NCBI RefSeq assembly: GCF_006345805.1
Contig: NC_043000.1
Location: 3,596,001-3,660,000, forward strand
Source: Octopus sinensis
Lineage: Eukaryota
Length of the DNA: 64,000 bases
Reading direction: 5' to 3'
Part shown: piece after piece, positions 27,193 to 39,608 of the stretch
Layout of the letters: the number at the start of each line of letters is the position of its first letter
Numbering within the stretch: position 1 is the first letter of the stretch
Made by a program: the position numbers and the translations under genes
Notes under the pieces: generated by a model
The model's input: only the letters and a program-made list of their open reading frames with translations
What the model was told of the DNA's origin: nothing
Databases searched by the model: none

Positions 27193-27513
27193 GGAGCACT
27201 CGGTCGGTTACGACAATGAGGGTCCCAGGTAATACGATCAACGGAAGAACTTGCTCGTGAAATTAATGTGCAAGTGGCTGAGCACTCTACAGACACTTGT
27301 ACCCTTTATGTAGTTCTCGGGGAGATTCAGCGTGACACAGAGTGTGACAAGGCTGGCCCTTTGAAATACAGGCACTACTCATTTTTCCCAGCTGTGTGAA
27401 CTGGAGCAATGCAAAATAAAGTGTCTTGCTCAAGGACACAATGTGCCGCTGGGAATTGAACTCAAGACCTTACAATCATGAGACAAATGTCCTAACCACT
27501 AAACCATGTGCCT

Positions 27514-27517
<4 letters not shown>
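27193..27517 (-). mobile_element. tRNA-derived SINE family C
   Basis: Minus-strand tRNA-like head followed by GTGTCCTTGAGCAAGACAC; 3' half shared with 38067 and 59572. Confidence 0.85.
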
Positions 27518-27545
<28 letters not shown>

Positions 27546-27548
<3 letters not shown>

Positions 27549-27705
27549 GACGGCCTTCTTTCAGGTTCTGTCTACAAAATCTACTCACAAGGCTTTGGTC
27601 AGCTCAAGGCTATAGTAGAAGACACTTGACCAAGGTGCCACTCAGTGGGACTGAACCAGGAACCATTTGGTTGGTAAACAAGCTACTTACCACACAGCCA
27701 CTCCA

Positions 27706-27710
<5 letters not shown>
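27546..27710 (-). mobile_element. SINE family A 5' half
   Basis: Head to the (TA)n tract only; abuts family C via (TA)n. Confidence 0.85.
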
Positions 27711-27741
<31 letters not shown>

Positions 27742-28059
27742 TTATTTATTTATTTATTATAGATGGATGGACGGACGGACGGACGGACTTCTTTCAGGAA
27801 GTTCTGTCTTCAATGTGCAAACCTGCACACATGATCACATTCATCACAATCTTTGTAAGAACACAGACTATTTGAGAACTTTGTAATTGTTTTTATTTGT
27901 GCAAATATATTTTTAACAAATATTTCAACATTCTTTTAATCACAGAGCTGCTGTATATCATTGACATGATCAAATTTGAATATTCAAGAATTTCTGTTTC
28001 TGTTCACATTTAATTTTCTCTGTCTGTGAAATTAGGATTAAGCTAGTATTTATAAAGAG

Positions 28060-28350
28060 AGTTTAAGTTTTAAACAGTCTTTCTAAATTTTAAATGTCAT
28101 CAGGTAAAATTAAGTGAAATGTTAATTGAGATACAAAGATCAAACCACAGAATAGCTAAAGATTCTGCACCATATATCCAAACTTTATTTCTTTAGAATT
28201 CTAAAGACAGTTTAAGCTTTAAATAGTCTTTCCAAATTTTAAATGTCATGAGGTGAAATTAAGTGAAATGTTAATTGAGTAACAAAAATCAAAAGCACAG
28301 TAGAGGATAGCTGAAAATTCTGCATATTTCCCAAACATCACTTTCATAGA
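28060..28350. repeat. Diverged ~149-bp tandem duplication
   Basis: AGTTTAAG...TTTTAAATGTCAT.AGGT.AAATTAAGTGAAATGTTAATTGAG at 28060 and 28209. Confidence 0.8.
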
Positions 28351-28729
28351 AGTATCATAAAAAGAATAATTGATTGATGTAAACCGAAAGTTCTAATATT
28401 TATTCTCTGAAATAATTCTGCAGCTTTTAGATTTCAAGTTGAATACTGAAATATAGATTCTAGCTCCTAGATTTCTGTTATTTATTTCTTAGATGGCAAC
28501 AAGAAAAAAAAAAAGTGACTATCTCTTAATGTTGAATGGCCTATTGTATATCACACATCAAATATGGACAGTCCATAATCAGAACCAGTGCTACAATAAC
28601 AGGGCACGTTAAAGCAAGAAGTTGAGACAATGTTCATAGCCTTTGCAGATTTTCTCCACAATGTAAGATAATGCATCAATTATAAATTTACATAAACTCA
28701 CACGTGTGTGTGTGTGTGTCTATATATAT

Positions 28730-29035
28730 ATGGCACGTAAAAAGCACCATCTGAACGTGGCCAATGCCAGTCCCGCCTTGACTGGCTTCCGTGCCGGTGG
28801 CACGTAAAAAGCACCAATCCGATCGTGGTCGTTGCCAGCCTCGCCTGGCACATAAAAAGCACCCACTACACTCACGGAGTGGTTGGTGTTAGGAAGGGCA
28901 TCCAGCTGTAGAAACACTGCCAGATCAGACTGGAGCCTGGTGCAGCCTTCAGGCTTCCCAGATCCCAGTTGAACCGTCCAACCCATGCTAGCATGGAAAA
29001 CGGACGTTAAACGATGATGATGATGATGATGATGA
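28730..29035 (+). mobile_element. RTE 3' UTR fragment with (ATG)n tail
   Basis: GGCACGTAAAAAGCACC units, then CCAACCCATGCTAGCATGG, then (GAT)n. Confidence 0.85.
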
Positions 29036-30457
29036 CATGCACATACATATAATTATTTTTGTTTAAATGTAAACATCCACAAAACACAAATGTGAATGAA
29101 GTACTCAGTAAGACTAGCTTGAGAGTGACGTAATTTAATATACATTTACTAACTTAATCAAAAAACAATTTGAGGCAAATACATATTTAAAAAAAAATTT
29201 ATGGTAATTATTATTTATTTAATAATAGATAATAAATATTTTATTTCAATATATTTATACCTCAAATTGCCACTTCTTCATTCAGTTAGTCTGAATATGT
29301 TAAATTAAACATATTATGTGCACGTGCATGCACATACACACATGCATAGATACATGCATCCCTACATATATTTATTATACACAAACAGGTGCAATCACAA
29401 ATCCAGTATGTTTCTCACAATATATGTCATATCAAATTTCACCCACAGAAGACACCTGTCTAAAGTGCCTCAAGGTTAGATTGAACCCAGAACAATGAGT
29501 TTTTAAAGCAAACTTCTTAACCATACACTGAAGCCTGAATACTTTAGCTGTAAAGATAGTATAAATATTACATTTAGCAATGAATCCTAACATTACCTCA
29601 ACTGAATTTTTTTTTCCTGAAGCTGAATAATCTTTACAGGTAATGAACTTTTACACCTGTTAAGTTTGTCTTGAGTTGTTTTTATTGTGTTATTTCATTA
29701 AAGAAAAGCCTCAATCTCAAGTGTTAAATATGTTGTGAGCTCAAATGGAATCAGCCTTGAATGTCTTAAATAGTGACAGCAAATCTTAACTCAAGTGAAT
29801 AGTTTGATGTCAGAATAAAGAAATGAAGTTTATGATGAATCACATGCTTTGATTTTTAATGGGGAATGGAAAATCTAAATTGTATGGAAGGAGGCTAATC
29901 CTCAGCTTGATGCAGCAATTAGTTGAAACTAATGTCAACTATGAATAACAAGTTTGTTGTGGCTTAACATTACTCCAAACTGTGCCTATACAACTTTGCT
30001 TTAAGTTGTTACTAAGAACTTAATGAAAATACACATCTTGACTGTATACAATAAATGTGTTTTGTTTAAAAAGCATCTAATAACAGATGTAAAAATCAAT
30101 GCAAAGTGACTTAGTAAATTAGAAATTATTGCACTAATTTCTTTGTGTCATTATCGTATGAAATTATTGTATACACACATCACAGTCATACATTAATATA
30201 ATACTGAGTTTGCATATCAATGCTGCAGATTATTATTGTTTACGCACATCATTGCTACATAATATTGTATATATAGGTGCAGGAGAGGCTGTATGGTAAG
30301 TAGCTTGCCTACCAACCACGTGATTCTGGGTTCAGTCCTACTGCGTGGCACCTTGGGCAAATGTTTTTACTATAGCCTTGGGCTGATCAAAGCCTTGTGA
30401 GTGGATTTGGTAGACAGAAACTGAAAGAAGCCCATTGTGTGTATATATATATATATA

Positions 30458-30736
30458 CAGGAGTCTGAAAGAACCAAATCTTAGTCAGTCAGTGGAGGGA
30501 CTCCACTACCTCATATGTTCTTAAAATTTAAATCCACATCTTTGTCTATATATCTACCTTCTCTATAATGTTGCCACTTGATTTGAAAATTTTTGTATTA
30601 ATGGAAAACCTCTATAATTGGCTGATGAGTACTCAGCATCTTAAATCTGTTGTAATACTTACAACATTTAATAAAATGATGTAGTACGAAACGATCGTAC
30701 CAAATTACCGGAGTCATTCTTGTTGCTTATTTTGAT
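30458..30736 (+). mobile_element. Hammerhead-bearing ~280-bp monomer (Penelope pLTR or non-LTR retrozyme-like)
   Basis: Foreign segment between two (TA)n runs inside a SINE; contains the hammerhead below. Confidence 0.6.
30615..30707 (+). ncRNA. Type I hammerhead ribozyme, intact core
   Basis: UAAUUGG/CCAA(A)UUA helix I; CUGAUGA at 30622-28; GUACU/AGUAC helix II; GAAA at 30688-91; palindromic ACGAUCGU helix III; GUA cleavage triplet at 30697-99. Confidence 0.85.
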
Positions 30737-30844
30737 TATATATATATATGTTTGGATGTCTTTATTTGCTCCCCCACCAGCATTGCTTGACAACCGATGT
30801 TGGTGTGTTTATGTTCCCATAACCTAGCATTTTGGCAAAAAAGG

Positions 30845-31285
30845 CCCAATGAATGAACAGTGCTTTTTACGTGCCACTGGCATGGGTGTAAGTCAGACAG
30901 CACTAGCATTGGCCATGACTATGATCTCACATGGTTTGACAGGTCTCCACAAGCACAGCATATTGCCCAACAATTGAAGGGTGCTTTTAAGGGGCCAGTT
31001 AAACAACACTGGTATTGGCCATGACTACAATCTCACTTGGCTTGGCAGGTCTTTTCAAGCACAGCATATCTCCAAAGGTTGCTTGTCATTGCCTCTGTGA
31101 GGCCCAACATTCGAAGATTGTGCTTCACCACCTCATCACATGTCTTCCTGGGTCTACCTCTTCCACAGGTTCCCTCCACCATTAGAGTATGACACTTCTT
31201 CACACTGTTGTTCTCATCCATACGCATCATGCCAATGCAGTCATCTCTCTTACACATCACATCTGATGCTTCTTCCACATCTCTC
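30845..31285 (-). mobile_element. RTE ORF2 C-terminus plus part of 3' UTR
   Basis: ORF 31033-31278 contains VEGTCGRGRPRKTCDEVV...LWRYAVLEK (RTE GRGRP motif). Confidence 0.85.
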
Positions 31286-31298
31286 TCTCTCTCTCTTG

Positions 31299-31350
<52 letters not shown>

Positions 31351-31351
31351 C

Positions 31352-31505
31352 ATGGCGTTAGGAAGGGCATCCAGCTGTAGAAACACTGCCAGATCAGACT
31401 GGGCCTGGTGCAGCCTTCTGGCTTCCCAGACCCCAGTTGAACCATCCAACCCATGCTAGCATGGAAAGCGGACGCTAATCGAAGATGATGATGATGATGA
31501 TGATA
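31352..31505 (+). mobile_element. RTE 3' tip with (ATG)n tail
   Basis: GGCGTTAGGAAGGGCATCCAGCTGTAG...CATGCTAGCATGG-(GAT)n. Confidence 0.85.
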
Positions 31506-31559
31506 CATATATATCACCTCAATCATTCTACCAGCTACATATCTCAACTACAATAGCTT

Positions 31560-33050
31560 AATGCACTCCAAATCATTATCTCTGGAAGAAACTTCAATGC
31601 ATACAACACATCCTTGTATGAAAACCAAAGCAGATAATGTAAGCATAGGCAAAATAGCATTGCATTTCAATTCTCTGTCAATCCAAAACAACCCAAAATA
31701 ACACACCTCACCATGTAAACTACAACACTGCCTTTGACATTACTATCAGATCTACAGATGTAGCTATCACAACTACAAGACAAATAATCCCAACACCAAT
31801 TCTCTTCTGATCGATCTAACAAAATTACACACCTTAATAAACAAAACAAACATTCAATTAAAAAGCCTCACAGGACCATTTCCACTGAGAAAGAAAGTTA
31901 ACACCTTCGATAACATAGATATTGCTGTACATAATAAAGTCAGGAAAACAATTAAAGATGCTTCCACAAAACATATCTTACAAAGTAGGATGGCCTCACT
32001 ACACATGCATGCATACATGCATGTGCATGTGTGTGTGTGCACGTATGCACACACGCACACAAATTACAAGCAAACCTGACTGAAAAACATGGACAATCTC
32101 AAACAATAAATTGATGTCACAGAACAAATAAAATGCAGCATCACATAACAAAGAAAATAACCTGCAGAAAAACAAAGCTGGCATCAACATAAACTACAAA
32201 ACAAGGATATTACACAAAAATATGAACAGTATGAACAATTCTAGCGATGCACTTCACAATAATAACTTAAAATAATGCCTGTACCTAAAACCATAAAAAA
32301 AAAAAAAACTCGGGAATAGAAAAGATGAAACAAGCACTTTCAATCAGGATCATGACATCAAACACATCCTTCCATTAGAAATGAAATAGGGAAATCCAAA
32401 ACTTCAAGCAATTCAGAACCTAAAAGACTCATTGCACTTACTAACATCTGAAACTACTTGTATCAGCATTGTGAAATAACCAGAATTTGGCAGCCAGGCA
32501 AAAATCACAATTTAGAGCTCAAGGAAAATTGAAGAGAGGTAGCATCATACAAACCTATTATCCACATATTCACACCCTTATATATTTGGAACTCTCATCC
32601 TAGATATCACAAACCCAGATATTTTCCTCTAAATCTTAACAGGGATTAACACTACTACATTCAACTACCACACTAATCACTCACAACCTTATACAAAAAA
32701 AAAATTCAGGACGGCTTCAACAATAACAAAAAAACCCATCCACTATTCTTTTTACAGTCAACAGTAAAATGTTTGGCTTTATTTCCTGGTGCTCTTTTGT
32801 ATGAAAAATATTTAATTTCTTCAGCATTAAATATGAAAAATGCTGGCTAACACACTATATCTGAAGTCAGTGAATCTATGTATAATATCACATCCACAAT
32901 CTGCAGCTTCTTGACTGGGGTTCTTCCAAGGATCTGCCTACTCACCCACTCTTTTTAACTAATCCATACATGACTTATTCCACACCTCAAAATATACACA
33001 GAACCTCAGAAGACACCAGAGTCAGAGCTTCCCATCACTTCTTAGACACA
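31560..33050 (+). pseudogene. Highly decayed APE+RT LINE (I/Jockey-like)
   Basis: IIISG.NFNAYN resembles GDFNAH; QDGF and a GVPQGS..SPTLF-like motif lie near 32920. Many stops; approximate limits. Confidence 0.5.
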
Positions 33051-33144
33051 GTTGCACAGTTTATTCAGCCCTGCATCAACTACCTCGAAACATTATTACA
33101 AAGTAACAGATTTACAGAAACACCTACATCCACTTTTTTATCAG

Positions 33145-33274
33145 GAGAGGAGTGATTGGTCGTTAGCCTCAAATCGACAGGTCTGGTCGGCGTTTGTGAG
33201 AGATGCAGCTTTGAGGATGAATGAAGCCAGCTCAACCCACCCCAGGTGAATGCTGTCTTAAGACAAGACAAGAC
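33145..33274 (+). mobile_element. Short 3' end of a second RTE-like family with (CAAGA)n tail
   Basis: DWSLASNRQVWSAFVRDAA motif, then (AGACA)n; 9-bp TSD TTTTATCAG at 33136-44 and 33275-83. Confidence 0.7.
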
Positions 33275-33917
33275 TTTTATCAGCAACACCAGAAAGCATC
33301 AATTACGACCGTCCGTTACACTCAACTACATGAATACACATCATATATAAAAGACAAAAGTGTGAGGAATTACATATAAATAACTCTGTTATGATTACAG
33401 AATATGTAGAAGACATAAATACAGAATGTTTAAGATATAAAAAATGTAATACATACACAACAAATGAAAAAGAGAAACAGATAAGGCTAATTAGGGAAGG
33501 CTAATTACCTAGGACAGCTTTCCCACAATAAATCATAACAATATTAACAAATGAAAATAAATCTTGTAAAATGTTCTAAACTTCAATTTTCCTCTATAAT
33601 AGAATATACTAAATAATATTTGTCAATTAAAGATTAAATATTGCCTTAGAAGTAAGTTTTAAACCACATATATAAACAGTTTATATACTAATGTCCAGCA
33701 TATCTTACTCCACTTTGAAGTCTATGTATAGAAATAGCCTTATAATTCAAATTATGAATAAATTATCTGTTAAGATTTTCAATGTAATCATTAATTTGAG
33801 ACACAAAATAAAAACAGGCCTCCAAACAATAAAGTATCACAACAAATTATCACAAGGCAATTTGTTCAATACTGGAATGATTCTATTGATTGACTGCAAT
33901 AGTGATAATAATAGTAA

Positions 33918-34125
33918 TAGTTTCAAATTTTGGCACAAGGTCAGCAATTTTGAGGAATGTGGAAAGTCAATTACATCAACCCCAGTGCTCAACTGGTACT
34001 TATTTTATTGATCCTGAAAGGATGAAAGGCAAAGTCAACCTCAGTGGAATTTGAACTCATAACATAAAGACAGTCAAAACACCACTAAGCATTTTGCCCA
34101 GCATAGTAACAGTTCTGTCACCTTG
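33918..34125 (-). mobile_element. Degenerate SINE family B
   Basis: CTGGTACTTATTTTATTGATCCTGAAAGGATGAAAGGCAAAGTCAACC; further relics at 34150-34560. Confidence 0.75.
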
Positions 34126-36277
34126 CTGCATTACAATAATAATAATAATAATAATGGTTTCTGATATAGGCACAAATCCAGCAGGCTTTATGGTTGAGGG
34201 TTAGTTGATATCATCAGCCCCAATACTGGTTCTTTATTTTATCGACCCTGAAAGAATGAAAGGCATCCTTTCAGGCTTCCTGGGTTCAAATACCACTCAG
34301 GTTGGGATTTGAACTCAAAATGTGAAGAGTCAGAACAAATACCCGAAAGCATTTTTATCAATACTCTAACAATTTTGTTTGCTCATAACATTTGGTAACA
34401 ACAATGACTTTTAGCATTGACACAAAGCCAAAAATTTTAGAGAATTGAACAGTTGATTAAATAGTTCACACTCCAGTACATAACTGATACTTATTTTACT
34501 GACTTCAGAAGGATGAAAGGCAAAATTGATCTTGGCTATATTTGAACATATAATATAAAAGAACATATGTAAATGAATACTCGTTAAATGAAATACAAAA
34601 AGGGGAAAAATTGTGACTGCCACTCTACTAATTATGCCAATCCACCAATCTTGTATAGCAAAAGCAATTAGAATAATGAATAGACAGTAACTAGGTTACA
34701 AGTAATTCTAGGTTGTTGCTATAGGTAACTGTAAATGGTAAGGTGAGAAATTAAAGCATGTCATCTGAGGAAGGACATTTATAGCAGAGGACAAACACAT
34801 AAATCAATTAAAGGATGATCTTGAAAAGGCATATTAGCAGTAATAAAATATTTTGAGAATTATTAATTGTTTTATACTGAAAGATAGTAAACTGCATTTA
34901 TGGAATGAATTTCTTTATGGCCATTTGTTCTGCTAGATACACCAGATAAATCTCCTTCAAATTACATTCTCCCAGATTAAAGACAACATAATATATTGGA
35001 TAATGTAGTCCTTGATAGACTATGTCTGAATAAAACATAGGATTTATTGTATCTGTAACACCTTTGATTTTATAGGTCTACTGGATTAGGGTTAATCTGT
35101 GACTAAATAGCAGCATTAATGCACAGAAACTTCATTAAAATTTCAGTCAACAATCAAGCTATGAAACAGTTTTCTTATTTAAAGGCTTTGTATTTTCACA
35201 ATTATTATTTTTTCTGTTTCCATGCTAGTCGGGTGGTTTTGAAAACTACAGATAATCATTATCATCGTTTTAATGTCTACTTTTCCATACCTGAATGATT
35301 AAATGGAATTTATTGAGGCAGATTTCTTATGGCCACATGCCCTTCTTGTTTCCAAGCAAGATAAAATTACCCCATGGCCAGGTATGTTTTTTTTTCAGAA
35401 TATTGGAAACAAATTACATTCATTTACAACAATTATGCAATGTCGAGACAAGGAGAGACAAACACACACACACACACACACATGCACACACACACACACA
35501 CAGAGAGGTTTCTTCTAGTTTCCTTCTACCAAATCCACGCACAAAACTTTGGTCAGCTTGGGACTATTGTAGGATACACTTGTCCAAGGTGCTACACAAA
35601 ACCACAGGTTTCAGAAGCAAACTTGTGAACCACACACCATGTTGCTGTCTGTAGTCATAACAGTGTGTAATGTGCTTCCAATACTAATTTCAACAATCAT
35701 GAAGTTAAAGTCATAGGCTGACCAAGAAAAATGATGTAGTTTGCCACCAAGATGCACATCCCAGTAAGCTGATTCAAGATTTGAGATCTGAGGATTGCTT
35801 ATGACAGTACCTGACCCACTGATCCACTGTGACACAACTACATACTGTATACTGATAATCTAGACCAAAAAAATTTTAATTTCTAATGGTTACATTGTAG
35901 AACAATTAAGCCATCACTGAGTTTTATTAATCAAAAGTAACCCCTACATACTTTGCACAACATTTATCTCTAAGCAACAAAGACCTTCAAAATATTCTAC
36001 CCATTTCATATTTGAGAACAGTTTGAATCAATATGTTTATAAAATAAAGAAACTCCTTATTCAATATTAAGCATTAAAAACATGGTAAGCTGGCAGAACT
36101 GTTAGCACACCAAACGAATGCTTAGCAGCATTTATTTTGGCTTTACATTCTGAGTTCAAATCCTGCCGAGGACAACCTTATCAAATTAATCAACTGTGCA
36201 ACTTTATTTCCCTCATTAGAAGGTAGTAACTATAGAGGATCCGACTGAATGCCTTGTAGTAATTATATCCTTTTATA

Positions 36278-36500
36278 AGATGGCTAGCTGGCAGAAATGT
36301 TAGCATGCTGAGCGAAATGCTTAGCGGTGTTTCGTCTGCCGCTACGTTCTGAGTTCAAATTCTGCCGAGGTCGACTTTGCCTTTCATCCTTTCAGGGTCG
36401 ATTAAATAAGTACCAGTTATGCACTAGGGTCGATATAATCGACTTAATCCGTTTGTTTGTCCTCTCTGTGTTTAGCCCCTTGTGGGTAGTAAAGAAATAA
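36278..36500 (+). mobile_element. SINE family B
   Basis: GCTGGCAGAAATGTTAGC head and Meta-like central domain. Confidence 0.9.
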
Positions 36501-36512
36501 GTAATAATATAC

Positions 36513-36680
36513 CCACTACACTCACGGAGTGGTTGGCGTTAGGAAGGGCATCCAGCTGTAGAAACTTTGCCAGATAAGACCGGAGCCTGGTGCAGCCTTC
36601 TGGCTTCCCAGATCCCCGGTCGAACCGTCCAACCTATGCTAGCATGGAGAACGGACGTTAAATGATGATGATGATGATGA
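36513..36680 (+). mobile_element. RTE 3' tip
   Basis: ACCCACTACACTCACGGAGTGG...(GAT)n directly after SINE B. Confidence 0.85.
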
Positions 36681-37582
36681 TCCCAGTTCAAATCCCACCA
36701 ACTTCCGCTATACTTTTTGTTCCTCCAAATCTACAGTTTATGTCAAAGTTAGAAATCAATATTAACAATTAAGCCCAACTTAAAGGTGAAGTTTTAGCAC
36801 AAATATTAGACACACACGCATAACTATATGTAACTATTTCATCTATTTATTGATGGCGACAGACTCAAAATTTCATTACTCCGTGGAGGTTTAAGGGAGT
36901 GTTTTCCCAATTACTTATTGCATTTTAGGTGTGGCAGTAGCAGTTGATTATTATAGCCTGGAGAAGATATTTCTGCCATTCTTATGAAACTCTACTAAAT
37001 CAGTGGGCAGAGTCTTTTATCTGATTACTCAGCTCTACTGCCTGATTAGTGAAACCTTGAGGCTTTTCGTCCTAGAATAAACAAAGAAACTCTGCTAATT
37101 ATTCGACTAATTATTCATCTGTATTTTTGTTTCTTAACATCTCAACTTTTGGAAATAATAATCAATATAGTAGTTATATCACGCCTATAATTATTTCCTT
37201 TGTAAAGTGAAAGCTTCTGCAGCATCTAATGTAATTAGATAAACTGGAACTATATTTTTATTTTTTAAATTTTTTATACCTGTCATGCCATAGTTTGGTT
37301 GAAATAGTTAACACCTTTCACTTGCAAGACCTTCATATTCTGGCATTAATTTGTTTTTCTTTTTTTAATTGCTTAACAGTTGAACTACATTAACTGTTAA
37401 TTCTTGGAAGTGAATTAACGGTTATTATTGAATCTAAAAACCCAATCTTCAATGATGTGGGTCACAGTGCTTTGCATAAAATGCATGTTCTCTAAAGAGA
37501 TCAACCTGCCGTCTTAAGAATTCCTGGTTCCACAAATATTCCCAAAGCTGGAATAAAACATCTTACCCATGTTATCTTTTAT

Positions 37583-37955
37583 CTTTTACTTGTTTCAGTT
37601 ATTGGACTGTGGCCATGCTGGGGCACTGCCTTGAAGTATTTAATCAAATAAATCATTCCCAGTACTTATTTTTTTTTAAGATTGGTACTTATTCTATTAA
37701 TCTCTTTTAACTGATATGCTAAGATGCAGGGATGTAAACAAACCAACACAAATTGTCAAGTGGTGGCAGGAGGCAGACAAACACAAACACAGACACACTT
37801 ATACATATGATGATTTTCTTTCAGTTTCCATGTACTTAATCCAGACCTAAGTTCATTGGTCACCTTGAGGCCACCATATAAGGAACCACACAATGTGACT
37901 GAACCTGGAACTCATGGTTGGGAAGCAAACTTCTTACCATAAAACCACACATGTA
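37583..37955 (-). mobile_element. Older SINE family A copy
   Basis: TTTTACTTGTTTCAGT...GGCCATGCTGG tail with a diverged head. Confidence 0.7.
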
Positions 37956-38066
37956 CCTATATAGTGACAATTCTATAGAATGAATGATTCAGAATAATTT
38001 AATATTGTTGTTTAGTTCCTGATCAGATCTGATCAAGTTTAAAAACTAATTCTGTTAGTTATGACA

Positions 38067-38370
38067 ATGGGTGTTCCAGCTGATCCAATCAATGGAACAG
38101 CCTACTTGTAAAATTAATGTACAAGTGGTTGAGCACTCCACAGACATAGCATATTCTTAACATTGTTCTCAGGGAGATTCAGCATGATGTACAATATGAC
38201 AAGGCTGGCCCTTTGAAATACAAGTACAACTCATTTTTGCCAGCTGAGTGAACTGGAGCAACATGAAATAAAGCATCTTGCTCAAGGACATAACACACCA
38301 CTAGGTATTGAACTCATGATCTTATGGTCATGAGCCAAATACCCCTAACCACCAAGCCACATGCCTTCAT
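38067..38370 (-). mobile_element. SINE family C, diverged
   Basis: ACAAGGCTGGCCCTTTGAAATACA...CTTGCTCAAGGACA shared with 27193. Approximate limits. Confidence 0.8.
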
Positions 38371-38475
38371 ACACCTGACTGAGTAGACTTATGATCAAAG
38401 ACATTCCTTCATGACAAACATGTCTTATCAGGGTATGCAAGATTACATTAAGTACTGTGTCCTTGCCTTTGTAAA

Positions 38476-38684
38476 CCCTTTTGCTATCAACTGATCTGAA
38501 ACCACTCCTGGTTTTATGATACAAATTCCCTGTTTAGAATTATCTTAAAACCCTCCATCAAAATTTCATGTTAATTTATGTTCCAAACACCAGCTTCATA
38601 ATCACAAAGTTATTTTACTAATTATTTTCAACACTAACTGAAAGGAAGATAGTGTATTTCAACAGAAATATGGTAACAAAAGAG
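38476..38684. mobile_element. TTAA-type MITE
   Basis: (TAAA)CCCTTTT...AAAAGAG(TTAA); internal similarity to 13300. Confidence 0.6.
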
Positions 38685-39551
38685 TTAAGCTGGTGGGGTA
38701 TGATTTAAGGGAGATTTAACTTATATTTAGTAGGTTGAAATAACCATGTAAAGCAGAAACAGGAAGTCCCTTGGTCAGAGCAAAACTTTGCCCACATTCT
38801 GTTAAAATCATCTACTGACAAAATCTTCAAACGTTAAACAACCACATGAAAAAAACAATTCATGCTTTCTCTTTTTTATTTGCTGAGTCTGGAGGAAGAG
38901 ACAGCAGCCATGACATTTGTTAATCATTTGAGATCGGTTAGATAGGAAAGACATGAGCAGTAAAAAGATTCCAGAGGGCCAATGTTCCAAGGGCTGGGGG
39001 TTGGGGGGTGGATTCAACAGGTGAACAGGTGTGACAAAAAATAAAGAAATGAGTGAGCTGGAAGGGCTTCAAACGAAAACAGTAGTTTAATGTGTAAATT
39101 ACATAATAATTTATGATGTTAAATATTCTTCATTTATTTGCAACACAAATGTTATCCCCGCCACCCAAGTTCTTATGGATTGTAATTCACCCATAGTATT
39201 GAATAGGTTCCTAACTCTTGATGTAGAAGATTCTTTATTCACTTAATGCAGAGAGAAAGTCGTTTTGTGTGAAGCCAATGTAGAATCGGGAAATGACAAC
39301 TGACACCATTATTAATCCTAAGCAATATTAGAAATAGCAATATTAGTATTGATATCCAATAACACATGCAAATTGTTCATGTGATTTGGTTCTGGAAATT
39401 CAAGGATGGAACCTAATTTATAATTTCGGTAAACTCTGCCTCTGACAGTTAAAAAATGATACTGGGCAAATTTAATGGATTAGGAACATCCCCAGTAATA
39501 CTGACCTTGTGATTGATCAAAAAATATATCAGTATTTTTCTTATACTTTAG

Positions 39552-39608
39552 CTACTAACAAACTAGTATCCGCAGTAATTTTACCAGCAAACTATGGAAG
39601 AACAAAAG
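39552..39608 (+). CDS. Candidate exon (TNKLVSAVILPANYGRTK)
   Basis: ttttcttatactttag acceptor, AAG|gttact donor, 57 nt open only in phase 1/1. Confidence 0.3.

Larger units (their letters stand above)
30276..30845 (+). mobile_element. SINE family A split at its central (TA)n by a ~280-bp insertion
   Basis: Head at 30276-30457; the 3' half resumes at ~30749 (GTTTGCTCCCCCACCAGCATTGCTTGACAACCGATG). Confidence 0.8.

Noticed and set aside
30650-30720. Minus-strand exon candidate (MTPVIWYDRF...|gtaagt)
   Set aside because: No acceptor; the CpG richness is better explained by the plus-strand hammerhead.
37020-37070. CUGAUUA...GAAAC hammerhead-like string
   Set aside because: G8 is absent, there is no NUH triplet after a helix III, and helix I does not pair.
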